Part shown: piece by piece, positions 36,477-47,440 of the stretch
Numbering within the stretch: the first letter of the stretch is position 1
Layout: the number at the start of each line of letters is the position of its first letter
Assembly: GCF_964213995.1 (NCBI RefSeq)
Contig: NC_135822.1
Coordinates: forward strand, 25,854,001-25,918,000
Source of the DNA: Mustelus asterias
Lineage: Eukaryota
Length of the DNA stretch: 64,000 nt
Direction of reading: 5' to 3'
The notes under the pieces: generated by a model
What the model was told of the DNA's origin: nothing
Seen by the model: the letters and a program-made list of their open reading frames with translations, nothing else
The model's database searches: none
Translations under genes and position numbers: made by a program

Positions 36477-36570
36477 GAAGAGGTGATGCCCTTGAACATT
36501 CCTGACTCTGATGAGGAAGATGAGGAAGATGTTGACATGGATAGTGACCTTGAGGACAAATCGGAGGCTG
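36477..36570 (+). CDS. UTP3: UTP3 exon 5 (EEVMPLNIPDSDEEDEED...KSEA)
   Basis: aaacag / gtgagt, phase 0-1. Confidence 0.9.
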
Positions 36571-36762
36571 GTGAGTGTACTGATGCAACCCATCAGATTT
36601 TATTTGTATAATGAATCCAGTTTCATCAAAACTCATCAATCATATCCCACCTCCCCATTCTGAAATTCCCTTGAGTGAGATCAATGAAGGGAAATCCTGG
36701 GCAATTGCAGGGAGGGGTTAGATAAATAGTTCCAGGATATCAGCACCACAATATATCCAGGG

Positions 36763-37696
36763 CAACTGGTTTGATTAGTAAGTTTGCGGATGACACAAAG
36801 GTTGGTGGATTTGCGGATAGTGATGAGGACCATCAGAGGATACAGCAGGATATAGATCAGTTGGAGACTTGGGCGGAGAGATGGCAGATGGAGTTTAATC
36901 CGGACAAATGTGAGGTAATGCATTTTAGAAGGTCTAATACAGATAGGAAATATACATAAATGGCAGAACCCTTAAGAGTATTGATAGGCAAAGGGATCTG
37001 GATGTACAGGTACACAGGTCACTGAAAGTGGCAACGCAGGTGGAGAAGATAGTCAAGAAGGCATACGGCATGCTTGCCTTCATAGGCTGGGGCGTTGAGT
37101 TTAAAAATTGGCAAGTCATGTTGCAGCTTTATAGAACCTTAGTTAGGCTGCACTTGGAATATAGTGTTCAATTCTGGTCGCCACACTACCAGAAGGATGT
37201 GGAGGCTTTGGAGAGGGTACAGAAAAGATTTACCAGGATGTTGCCTGGTAAGGAGGACATTAGATATGAGGAGAGGTTGGAGAAACTTGGTTTGTTCTCA
37301 CTGGAGCGACGGAGGTTGAGGGGAGACCTGATAGAAGTCTACAAGATTATGAGAAGTATGGACAGAGTGGATAGTCAGAAGCTTTTTCCCAGGGTGGAAG
37401 AGTCAATTACTGGGGGGGCACAGGTTTAAGGGGCAAGGTTTAAAGGAGATGTACGAGGCAGATTCTGTACGCAGAGGGTGGTGAGTGCCTGGAACTCGTT
37501 GCTGGGGGAGGTAGTGAAAGCGGTACAGTAGTGACTTTTAAGGGGCGTCTTGACAAATGCATGAATAGGATGGCAATAGAGGGATATGGTTCCCGGGAGG
37601 GTAGGGAGTTTTAGTTCAGTCGGGCAGCATGATCGGTGCAGGGTTGGAGGGCCGAAGGGCCTGTTCCTGTGCTGTCATTTTCTTTGTTCTTTGTTC
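36763..37696 (+). mobile_element. CR1 LINE 3' fragment
   Basis: ISKFADDTK..WQMEFNPDKCEV..QFWSPHY; (TTCTTTG) tail. Confidence 0.9.
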
Positions 37697-37865
37697 TAAA
37701 GGTGCACTTATCAGCACCCCAGAACTAACTTTAATGGAGCTCTGTGGGGGATGTGCTGTAGTGACCCCTGGTGGTAGCAATGACATTCTGCAAGAAGTAA
37801 ATTGAACTGAAATACAACTTTAAGCAAGATGCCATTTACATGTCGTTCTTTTAAGGATAAGCACT

Positions 37866-37978
37866 GTAAGAGTTTTAACAACACCAGGTTCAAGTCCAAC
37901 AGGTTTATTTGGTAGCAAATGCCATTAGCTTTCGGAGCGCTGCTCCTTCGTCAGATGGAGTGGATATCTGCTCTCAAA
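37866..37978 (-). mobile_element. Penelope family B fragment
   Basis: Matches the family B pseudo-LTR. Confidence 0.8.
37922..37958 (-). ncRNA. Minimal type I hammerhead ribozyme, intact
   Basis: CCAT-CTGACGA-A-GGAGC-agc-GCTCC-GAA-AGCT-A-ATGG. Confidence 0.8.
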
Positions 37979-38131
37979 AGGAACAGATTCTAGTGAGATT
38001 AATGTTCCAATTTCTTGTTGACCAAGTCCTACCAGTTGTGGCACCCATTTCAAATTACTGTTTACTAAATCCTACAAAATTACCTTGCCTTGTGAATTCT
38101 GGTAATTTGTTAAAAAAGAAAACTGATTTAG

Positions 38132-39522
38132 AAACATAGAAAACTACAGCACAAAACAGGCCCTTCGGCCCCACAAGTTGTGCCGAACATATCCCTACCT
38201 ATTCGGAGAGGAATTTCCCAGATTTTCTTTTCCCCATATTGGCCCTGGGGTTTTCACTCTGGGTTTTCGCCTCTCCCTGGAGATCACATGGTCTGGAATG
38301 GGGGGGTGGGGGTGAGTTAATAGGTTGTGATGAACAAAGCATCGTAGCTGTGAGGGACAGCTCGGTGGATAGGATATTGGTATGTAGATAGGCTGGAAAA
38401 TTGGGCGGGGATCCTGGATTCAGGATTCAATCCTGGACCAGGGAGCGGCGCGGGCTTGGAGGGCCGAAGGGCCTGTTCCTGTGCTGTATTGTTCTTTGTT
38501 CTTTGTTCTACCTATAACCCTCCATCCTATTAAGTCCCATGTACTCGTCCAGGAGTCTCTTAAAAGACCCTATTGAGTTTGCCTCCACCACCACTGACGG
38601 CAGCCGATTCCACTCGCCCACCACCCTCTGTGTGAAAAACTTCCCCCCTAACATTTCCCCTGTACCTACCCCCCAGCACCTTAAACCTGTGTCCTCTGGT
38701 AGCAGCCATTTCCACCCTGGGAAAAAGCCTCTGAGAGTCCACCCGATCTACGCCTCTCAACATCTTATACACCTCTATTAGGTCTCCTCTCATCCTACGT
38801 CTCTCCAAGGAGAAAAGACCGAGCTCCCTCAGCCTATCCTCATAAGGCATGCCACTCAATCCAGGCAACATCCTTGTAAATCTCCTCTGCACCCTTTCAA
38901 TTTTTTCCACATCCTTCCTGTAATGAGGCGACCAGAACTGAGCACAGTACTCCAAGTGGGGTCTGACGAGGGTCTTATAAAGCTGCATCATTATCCCTGG
39001 ACTCCTAAACTCAATCCCTCGATTGATAAAAGCCAGCACACCTTACGCCTTCTTAACCACTTCCTCCACCTGCGGGGCCAATTTTAGAGTCCTATGGACC
39101 CGGACCCCAAGGTCCTTCTGACCCTCCACAGTACTAAGAGTCTTTCCCTTTATATTGTACTCCTTCATCCCATTTGACCTGCCAAAATGGACCACTACGC
39201 ATTTATCTGGGTTGAAGTCCATCTGCCACTTCTCCGCCCAGTCTTGCATCCTATCTATGTCCCTCTGTAACTTCTGACATCCCTCCAGACTATCCACAAC
39301 CCCACCAACCTTCGTGTCGTCGGCAAACTTACCAACCCACCCCTCCACTTCCTCATCCAGGTCATTTATGAAAATGACAAACAGCAAGGGTCCCAGAACA
39401 GATCTCTGGGGCACACCACTGGTGACCGACATCCATTTAGAAAAAGACCCATCTATACCCACTCTCTGCCTCCTTTGGGCAAGCCAGTTCTGCATCCACA
39501 GGGCAACAGCCCCTTGGATCCC
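38132..39522 (-). mobile_element. CR1 LINE 3' fragment with a nested plus-strand CR1 3' end (38203-38507)
   Basis: ORFs 38560-39039 and 39043-39549; the nested insert has an 8-bp TSD CTACCTAT. Confidence 0.9.
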
Positions 39523-39647
39523 ATTTCTTGTTCTATGTTTATGAACCATCTGACCTGTACCTGATAAAATACCAGAAACTATTCTCCTGCAAGTGCTGAA
39601 TTATTTGCTTTACTGTAAAGCTCATGTTTGCTTGTCTTGTTTTGCAG

Positions 39648-39722
39648 GCCTCCCCAGCGAGTTGGCCTGGGGCCAGAGGAAAAGGGCCTATTACAATACG
39701 GACTATGTGGACGAGCTTCCGC
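39648..39722 (+). CDS. UTP3: UTP3 exon 6 (LPSELAWGQRKRAYYNTDYVDELP)
   Basis: ttttgcag / gtaagt, phase 1-1; conserved WGQRK motif. Confidence 0.95.
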
Positions 39723-40209
39723 GTAAGTGTAATCATTTCTCATTTTGAACCTGCTTCAACAGGAAAAGAAAGGTACCCTCCATGCATTGTACCCCTTACT
39801 TTGTGGACAGATCTCTTTATTTTTGTCGCATGTAATGCACAGAGAGCTTCTCGCCACCTTGTGAATTCAGTGGAATTAAAAATAGGGAATGTATAACAGA
39901 TCAGTTATCACCGGAAAGCGAAAATGGGTTCACGCTTTGGATGGCAACCCTTCATCAGAACTGACAATACTGCAATCACTCCTGTTCTCTGTGAGCTTAT
40001 GTACACTAGGCTGTGCTCATTCAGATGTCCCTTGGCTGGTTTCTGTTCTTGGAATGTGAGACAAGATGGTTTAATGAACACTGGTGAGAATGGACTTGCA
40101 GTCCTCTTACATGTTCAGTAGCATCGTGGATTTAATGCAGGTTTGCTCACTTCTTTGCATTTCCTTTGCATGTTTTAGTGTCTGCTTCTCTACCCTCTTA
40201 TTTAGCCAT

Positions 40210-40400
40210 AATGTGGAGATGCATGCATTGGACTAGGGTGGGCACAGTAAGAAGTCTCTCAACACCAGGTTAAAGTCCAACAGGTTTATTTGGAATCACG
40301 AGCACTGGAGTCCACTCACATGATGAAGGAGCAGCGCTCCGAAAGCTTGTGATTCCAAATAAACCTGTTGGACTTTAACCTGATGTTGTGAAACCTCTTA
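40210..40400. mobile_element. Penelope family B fold-back mini-element with a C3A hammerhead (40316-40352, plus strand)
   Basis: Inverted arms about 40246-40303 and 40345-40400; degenerate TSD CTCTTAT(T/C)TAGCC. Confidence 0.8.
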
Positions 40401-40415
40401 CTCTTATCTAGCCCA

Positions 40416-40742
40416 TCGTCGTCGTTAACCAGGTAAAGCTTTACTGATCTGAAGGGCCGTGTATAGAAACGGGATGACCACAATGAAGACTTTCATAAGA
40501 ACAAAGGAAGTCTTGACCGGTCTGGGTAAAATGACTCCCGATCTTGTCTCCACCACGCTTCTGGAAGAGTTGAGTTCAACCCCAGCTGTTAAGTTACTGT
40601 TCAGTGACAAATCCATCACTTGCATGTTCCCGGGAAGTTTCCATGTCTGGGCTGTGTTTTTTATAAGACAGATGCTTGGACACTGGAATCCTGGTGAGAT
40701 ACTCAGCTTGGTATTTTGGAAAGATGGAATCAAATGGGGCAT
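40416..40742 (-). pseudogene. SMDT1: Processed pseudogene of SMDT1/EMRE (mitochondrial calcium uniporter regulator)
   Basis: SRSVVETRSGVILPRPVKTSFVLMKVFIVVIPFLYTALQISK aligns with human SRSVIVTRSGAILPKPVKMSFGLLRVFSIVIPFLYVGTLISK (recalled); C-terminal deletion, DDD remnant out of frame; clear homology 40440-40568, 5' limit uncertain. Confidence 0.8.
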
Positions 40743-41284
40743 TGGGCCTTGACCAGCAACTGTCTAGTGCTGTGCGTCTTAAATAAATTGAAAAGAATAA
40801 TTCACTTAAACACACTAGGCTTCAGTCACAAGCACCCACTGTCATTCCTTGTATCCCTGAAGATGCTACATATTGGGTCTGATTCTCTCAACACCCAGCC
40901 CTTTGGCAACAATACATGTTGATCTTGGGATGTCTGGATCAGTGAATGTTTATTTTTTCTCTGTAGTTCCTCTTGTCTCTGGGTGACATTCTAGCAATGC
41001 ATGACCTGTTTGCAGTTCTCCACCAGTGGTCCTGGGAGCTCTGTGAATGCAGCGAGCAGATAATTCCAATTGTTTTTTATCATAGTGGCACAGCTGAAAT
41101 ATGCTGTATTATTGCGTTTTGAATCCAGGCAACCTCTTCCTTTTGACATGAGAACTTCAACTGGGAAATTTATAATCTTGCATTTTCTATTTTGTACTTT
41201 GCCATCCTGATGATCATTTACTGGTAAGTCAGGGAGCTGCAGGAATGTATTGTGATCGGTGTCCGGCTGTTTACATATTTGCAG

Positions 41285-41406
41285 GTGGTAAGCGTCAGGA
41301 GGAGGCACTGGCAGAGGCTGAGGAAGAGGAACAAGAAGCTTTGAACATTCAGAAACGTTTGGCTGAAAATCTGACAGAGGATGACTTTGGACTTGACCTT
41401 ATTCAG
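41285..41406 (+). CDS. UTP3: UTP3 exon 7 (GKRQEEALAEAEEEEQEALNIQKRLAENLTEDDFGLDLIQ)
   Basis: tttgcag / gtaact, phase 1-0. Confidence 0.95.
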
Positions 41407-43259
41407 GTAACTGGTGGTCTAAGCTGAGCTGTGAAAGTGATTTTTGTACTGGATTCACTGTGCTAAGTTGTACTGAAGGAAAACTTGTGATTTAGTTGAA
41501 GCAATGTTTGACAATTAGACATTTCTGGTGTGTTTCTTTACTGAAGTTTTATTTTTAAAGTGCTGATCCTGCATTCCTGCTTTCTGTCTTTCACACCACT
41601 GAGTTAAGCACACGTCTCCACTGGGACTCAACTTTCATCTGGCTTTGCAATGCTTAATGTCAGCTACATTCCTCGCCTTCACTTTCTTTGCACCGTGACC
41701 CACATGGCGGCGGCGGGGGGAGTGATTTTGTTCTGGTGGAACTGGTGTAGAAAGTAATGGGGAGGCAGAATGCTTCCGTGAGTTAATCTCCGCGACTGCC
41801 TGTACCATTGCCAAAAGGTCAATAGAGGGAGAGAGGGTGAGGACGAAGGTAGCTCAGCCTGCTATCATGTGAGATCCAGCCACACATTCACAGAATGCTT
41901 TCTACTTAAAAGCTGTTGATGGCTTTATGTTCAGTAGCATTGTCATCGGGGTCTAAGTATAGGACTTGTGACTGAGTGATCTGATGAGTCAGTATTTGCT
42001 GCAGTGTCCCATTTCAGACAGTCATTGGATCAGGTATTGGAGTAGTCCGCAAGCCCCTCCAGCATCTCCAAGAAGCTTGGTGTCTATTAGGTCCATCTTT
42101 ATGCCCTGGTTATAATATTGAGGTCCCTTCACCTTCGTATTAAATGGGCTACCGATCTCCAGTAACCCCTGGTCTCCTTTTATGCCACCAATGACACCTA
42201 ATGCAGGTCTTCTCCCCGATAATGCTGCACGTTCATGAGGAGTGCCCCCTTTACGGACTAAGTGGTGGATGAATCACCTTAAACCCAGCAAACAAGGAGG
42301 CTATCGCTTGGTTTTGGGGGTATGCAGTCAATAAATAAGAATTTGATCCTCTTGTTATTATGAATTATATTTTTAAGCTCTCCCTGAAAGTGAGGGTTGC
42401 ATCACACTTTGTGGAAGTGGCTCCCAAGCAGCATATACCCACCCGGTGGTGGTGAGGGGAGAGGGGGAGCATGTGCATGTGTGTTTTAAATCTACGCTGT
42501 GTCTGTAGCACAACTATTGTATCACAAATAGCTTTCTCTTGCACCCTTTTCATAGTATTTCAGTGCTGTTCCTAAATTTGTAGAGTTGAGAAATCTAGTC
42601 CATGTAAATTAAGTAAAGGTATTTTCATATCACATTACTTGAATTTTGCACTGTTTGCTCATACTACTGAGAACTAGATTACAATTCCACAAACTTGCTT
42701 CATTGAGAGTCTTAAATAACTGTCCAAAAGGCACCTTCAACCCGCCATATTCTCTGCTGCACTTGTCTGGAAATCCAAGCAAAGCCTAATACGTCTAACT
42801 AGAGGGACATTAACACCACATTTGGTGCTAGATTTAAGGGCTTTCTATCCTTAAATCTGATGTGTTTCTCCTCTCCCATCAACTGATCTTAATCACTCTG
42901 GAGACTACAATTCTGCTTGCAAATGTTGCAATCTGTGTACCCAGTAGGCACCTGCATTTTAAACATCCAATCACTGACACAAAACCAGCTTTTAAAGGGA
43001 CCACACTTCCCATTGTACAGGATGGGCAATTGACCGGGACTCCTTTTCTTGATCACTATCCATGTTACATGGTCTGTATGAATATCTGGTGAGAAGATGT
43101 CCTGTTGTATGCACACATGATCCTCACGAGATGAATGGGCAATTGGGTGAGATACCTTGACAGCTGCCAGTGCTGCTGAGACTGTATTCCAAAGGAGGGA
43201 GAGTTTTCTAGAATGGTTGAGGGAAGATTTGATTACTTCATGGAGTGTTCTTGTTACAG

Positions 43260-43412
43260 GCTTTTGCCCAGGAGCAGAAAGCTGAGAAAGAACCAGAAGA
43301 TGATCTGAAAATCAAAAAGGACTTGAAGAAAATGTCCCATAAAGAGAAGATGAAACTGCTGAAGAAAGAGTCACCAGAGCTTCTGGAACTGATTCAGGAT
43401 TTCAAAGCAAAG
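43260..43412 (+). CDS. UTP3: UTP3 exon 8 (AFAQEQK...KESPELLELIQDFKAK)
   Basis: gttacag / gttagc, phase 0-0. Confidence 0.95.
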
Positions 43413-43679
43413 GTTAGCAAAACTTTTAAAGCTGCCTTGACTTTATTCATCTGTTTTGGTGTCTTTTCTGGATGATGTTAAATGTCAGATATGTATCTAG
43501 TCAAATAGTCATCGATCTTGTGTAAAATTGATCACCGACATGTGTCCAAAACAACATAACTCCTTCCTAATTCTGATAGCTTTAGCTCCATCACTCGCCA
43601 CTTCCATGCCTGACTCTTCCACTCGCTGATTTCTCTCCTGAGCTCTTGCTGTGAATGAGTGCTCAGGAGCAGGTGGCAA

Positions 43680-44055
43680 AGGGGAGGAAGCGAGCAAAAG
43701 GAGTGTGAGTGAGAGAGTCAAGGCAAGCAGGAGAGAAACAGATAGTGGAGTGGTGAGGATATTGGGATGGGCTGGGGCGCAGTGGGGAGAGGGGAGGGAG
43801 GTGTGGAGGAGAGATGGGGAGGTGGATAACGGAGAGACGAGCAGGGCATCACAGGATGAGAGGAGGAGATGGGCAGGGCATGGCAGGATGAGAGGGAGGT
43901 AGACAAGGCACTAGGGTGAGAGGGAGAGATGAGCAGGGCGCGGCAGAGAGAGGTGGGCAAGGCACGGCAGAGTGAGAGGGAGGTGGGCAGGGAGAGGGTG
44001 AGGCGAGCAGGGTGCGGCAGGGAGAAAGGGAGGTGGGCAAGGTAGGAGGGAGCCT
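43680..44055 (+). repeat. Purine-rich degenerate minisatellite
   Basis: Recurrent GAGAGGGAGGTGGGCA(A)GG units of about 28-30 nt. Confidence 0.75.
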
Positions 44056-44107
44056 TGGGAAGCTTCTCTGCAAAGCTGTACATTTATTTCTGATTTATCT
44101 CTTGTAG

Positions 44108-44179
44108 CTTGCAGAGTTGAAGGATGTGCTACATCCGCTGCTGGAGATGGTGCGGAGTGGGATGATACCTGCTGGGAAG
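44108..44179 (+). CDS. UTP3: UTP3 exon 9 (LAELKDVLHPLLEMVRSGMIPAGK)
   Basis: cttgtag / gtatgg, phase 0-0. Confidence 0.95.
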
Positions 44180-44275
44180 GTATGGGAACAAAAGAGCTAT
44201 TTGTGGCGGGGTGGTAATCAAGGGTGTTCAGGCTGTTGGGAGCGTATTGTAACAATTATTCTCTTTTATTCACAG

Positions 44276-44316
44276 GGTGCCAACTATGTGCAGACCAAGT
44301 ACCATCTGTACCTGAA
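44276..44316 (+). CDS. UTP3: UTP3 exon 10 (GANYVQTKYHLYLN)
   Basis: ttcacag / gtacgt, phase 0-2. Confidence 0.95.
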
Positions 44317-44809
44317 GTACGTTTCTTTGGTAGTACCTTGGGGGGGTTTGTAGCCTTTCCAGAGAGTGATCGGCTGGGAGACTAAGAGGCTTTGAACGCA
44401 GGGTGTCCAATCTGTTTGCCCCTGGTTACCATATGTAGCTAATTGCAGTTTTGATTAGTAAATGATAATGAGCAATGGACAGACGTGCACTCCAGGCTCA
44501 TATTCACATGGTGCCTGCATGTGTCCTTTTCATCAGTTTGATGGGAAGGGAAAAAGCGGAGTGTGCAAGTGTTTTTTTTAAATTCTGCGTTTTATTTCCT
44601 TGGTTTCTGCTCATTGGTTATCTGTTAAAATGGTATGTAACACTGTTGAAAATGTTGGACTTCAGCACCATGGAAACACTAACGTACTATAGAACAGGGA
44701 GCTTCATCCTGTAATAACCATTGAGGGCATGTGGGAATTTCTTGTATAATGCCTGAGAAATATATATACACGGGGGTGGGATGTACACTGAAAATAATTT
44801 GCACTCCCA

Positions 44810-45270
44810 TTAGGTCCCTGGAATGAGAGGGTTGTCCAACGATGAGGGATGAAGTAAATTGGGTCCATATTTCCTGGCGTTTGGAAGAATGAGAGCTGAT
44901 CTTATTGAAACACGCCGAAGAGTGCTTGATGGGGTGGGTGCTGAAAAGGTATTTCCCCGTGTGATTTCCCCCCCCCCCTTGTGGGGGAATTTAGAACCAG
45001 GCGGCTCAGTTTAAAATGAGAGGGTCTCCCATTTAACACAAAGGGGAAGCAGAATTTCTCCTCTAGAAGGGTTGTGAATCTTTGGCATTCTCTACCCCAA
45101 AATGTTATGGATGCGCCATTGTAGATTAAATTTAAGGCTGAGAGGCAGATTTTTGGGGGATGTGGGGAGCGGGCAGTGAAGTGGAATTTAGGCCCAAGAT
45201 CAGCCATGATCTTGCTGAATGGTGGCGAAGACTTGATGGGTCTAATGGTTTGCCGCTGCCCTTGTTCTTG
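44810..45270 (+). mobile_element. Degenerate CR1 3' fragment
   Basis: AGAAGGGTTGTGAATCTTTGG; AGATCAGCCATGATCTT 3' motif. Confidence 0.7.
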
Positions 45271-45317
45271 TGTCTCATCTCTTTCCACATGTCTGATTTC
45301 CTGGTTCTCATCTATAG

Positions 45318-45414
45318 TTACTGCACAAACATCAGTTTCTACCTGGTACTGAAGGCAAAGCGGATCCCAGTGCACAATCACCCAGTAGTTGAGAGACTGC
45401 TCACCTACAGAAAT
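45318..45414 (+). CDS. UTP3: UTP3 exon 11 (YCTNISFYLVLKAKRIPVHNHPVVERLLTYRN)
   Basis: tctatag / gtgagt, phase 2-0; Sas10/Utp3/C1D domain. Confidence 0.95.
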
Positions 45415-45788
45415 GTGAGTATTGCACGGTTTAACTGCACCAGTTTACGATACATCTCCCCCTATCAATGGATAAGACCCCAGGGACGGCCTGGGCTCAT
45501 GTTCTGTTTGCATAATAACTAGATTTTGAATGTGAATAAGATTAGCGTAAGGATGTTTCCCTCTGATTTGTTTTATTCTTTCCTACGTCCTCCGCTCCCC
45601 CCTCCTCCCCTCCCCCCAAAAACAGAATCAGACTCATAATCCCTGGGTAGGTTGCTGAAGAATCCACAACAATACCCAGTTGTTCGTCATAGATGGTTCC
45701 CAGCTAAAAAAAATGCCTGGGTTTAAAAATCAATTGTGCAGATTTCTCCTGTTCTCTTGCAAGTGACAAATATGTTTTCGTCGTGCAG

Positions 45789-45968
45789 CTGATCAACGAC
45801 TTGGTTGGAGTGGATGAGAAACTGTCACCTGAAATCCAACAGCTTTTGACCCAAGCTAGTCAAGAGCGTGGATCAGTTACGGAAAAGGATCAACTTGTCT
45901 CCGAGGTGAAGAAAGCCCCGATCCAGTTGAGCAAACAAGCTAAAGCTGGACAAACTGCGGGAGAAGAG
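45789..45968 (+). CDS. UTP3: UTP3 exon 12 (LINDLVGVDEKLSPEIQQLL...TAGEE)
   Basis: gtgcag / gtaaga, phase 0-0. Confidence 0.9.
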
Positions 45969-46590
45969 GTAAGATGGAGGAGGCTTTCCTCCGAGGCTGG
46001 CAGGGCCAGAAGCCAGATTTCAAGGGGTGAACTGATATTGCTAATTGTGTAAAATATCTAAAGTGTGAACACATGACAATGAAACTGAGCCATGTCTAGG
46101 ATTGTAATCGCCAACTTCATACAAGTTTGATATTGAAGCTGAAACTGAAGTTTTATGATGAGCTCTTACACGCTGAATCCGTCCCTTTTGGTTCTTATTA
46201 TATTTAGGTTATATTTGATAATTAGAACCTTTTAATTTAAGCATTTCCCCAGCATGTTTGAAATCTTCTTCATTTCTAATTTTCACTTTCTCCCCTGCCC
46301 CAGGGAGTAAGTTACATAAAAGTAAATGTACAGACTCCATCCATATTGGTATCAGACAGTGAGACACGAACAGTCCTCCAAAGTTGCACTGCATCATAGC
46401 AAGTCTGGTTAGGAGAATAGCATTAAAGTGGTCCCCTTGGCCTGGGTTTATCCAATGCTGTGGGGAGTGAAATGTTAATACGAGGATCTCTTTCTCTAAT
46501 CATTGCCATGAATGAATATATTTGGCTCACTGAGTGCGATTTTCTGCTTTTCCACATTCTTGAGTTTACAGGATTAATGTTTTGATGCAG

Positions 46591-46712
46591 GTCACTGATC
46601 AGGAAGCCTCTGGGGACTCTGAATCTGATGCAGATGAAGAAGCAGCGTTTCAATATTACAAGGAAATGGAGGAGAGGCTGATGCAGAAGAGGAAGCGAAC
46701 TCAAATGGACAG
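46591..46712 (+). CDS. UTP3: UTP3 exon 13 (VTDQEASGDSESDADEEAAFQYYKEMEERLMQKRKRTQMD)
   Basis: gatgcag / gtactg, phase 0-2. Confidence 0.9.
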
Positions 46713-46894
46713 GTACTGATTATTTATACATGGAGTATGCATGTATAATAACGTGTTTTAAAATATGTCTTCGATTGTGTCCCCTCTAATCAAGGGAATG
46801 GCTATCACAGCATTTAAATTGATCATTTACTTAGTGAGGAGAGGTGACACGCATTGATTCATGTTTTTTTTTAATTAGCTGGCTCGGAGATAGG

Positions 46895-47440
46895 AAGACA
46901 ATACTAAGTTGGGAGGTATTGCAAGTAATTCTCAGGACCAAAGAAATCTTAAAGAGAAGAGATAATGGTCAAAAAAGTGGGAGATGGAATTCAATATCGG
47001 CAGATGTGAAGTGATATATTTTTAAATCCTATGAGGGAGGGAAAGGATGGCTGATGCAGATGAGCAGAGTAATTTGAGGGTTTAGGTTCACAGTATTCCA
47101 AGTGGAAAAGGCCATCATGAAAGCAAATGGAATATTAGATTTTATTGTGAGAATTATCGATTATATAGTTTCTATTGTGATGTTAAATTTTATATCAAGC
47201 CGCAGTAAGATCACAATTGGAATATTGTGTGCCGGTTTTGTGCTGTGCACTATGGAAGGATGTTGAGATAGTAGAGAGGATACAGTACAAATCTACTGGA
47301 AAGCTTCGTGTTATGGAGGAAATACAGATATAAAAAGATTTTTAAAAATTGGACTGTTTTTGCAAGGTCGGAGGAGATGCAAGTGGTGATTTAATGGGAG
47401 ATGTTTAAAATTATGAAGGGGTGGGAAAGAGTAGATAGAA
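46895..47440 (+). mobile_element. Highly degenerate CR1 fragment
   Basis: WEMEFNIGRCEVIYF and KANGIL-like segments. Confidence 0.6.

Noticed and set aside
39928-39961. Hammerhead-like GTT-CTGATGA-AGGGT..ATCC-AAA-GCGT-G-AAC on the minus strand
   Set aside because: GAA is mutated and the cleavage nucleotide is G; an old relic, not called functional.
41975-42020. CTGATGA motif in UTP3 intron 7
   Set aside because: No stem II or GAAA follows.
42040-42370. Possible L1/Tx1-like relic
   Set aside because: No convincing motif could be read; left unannotated.
43470-43580. Possible C/D snoRNA in a UTP3 intron (ATGATGT...CTGA); similar weak cases near 46156 and 54959
   Set aside because: Imperfect C box, no terminal stem and no recognisable rRNA guide.
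43509-44255. Pro/Ser/Leu- and Gly/Arg-rich ORFs
   Set aside because: Translations of the low-complexity purine tract.
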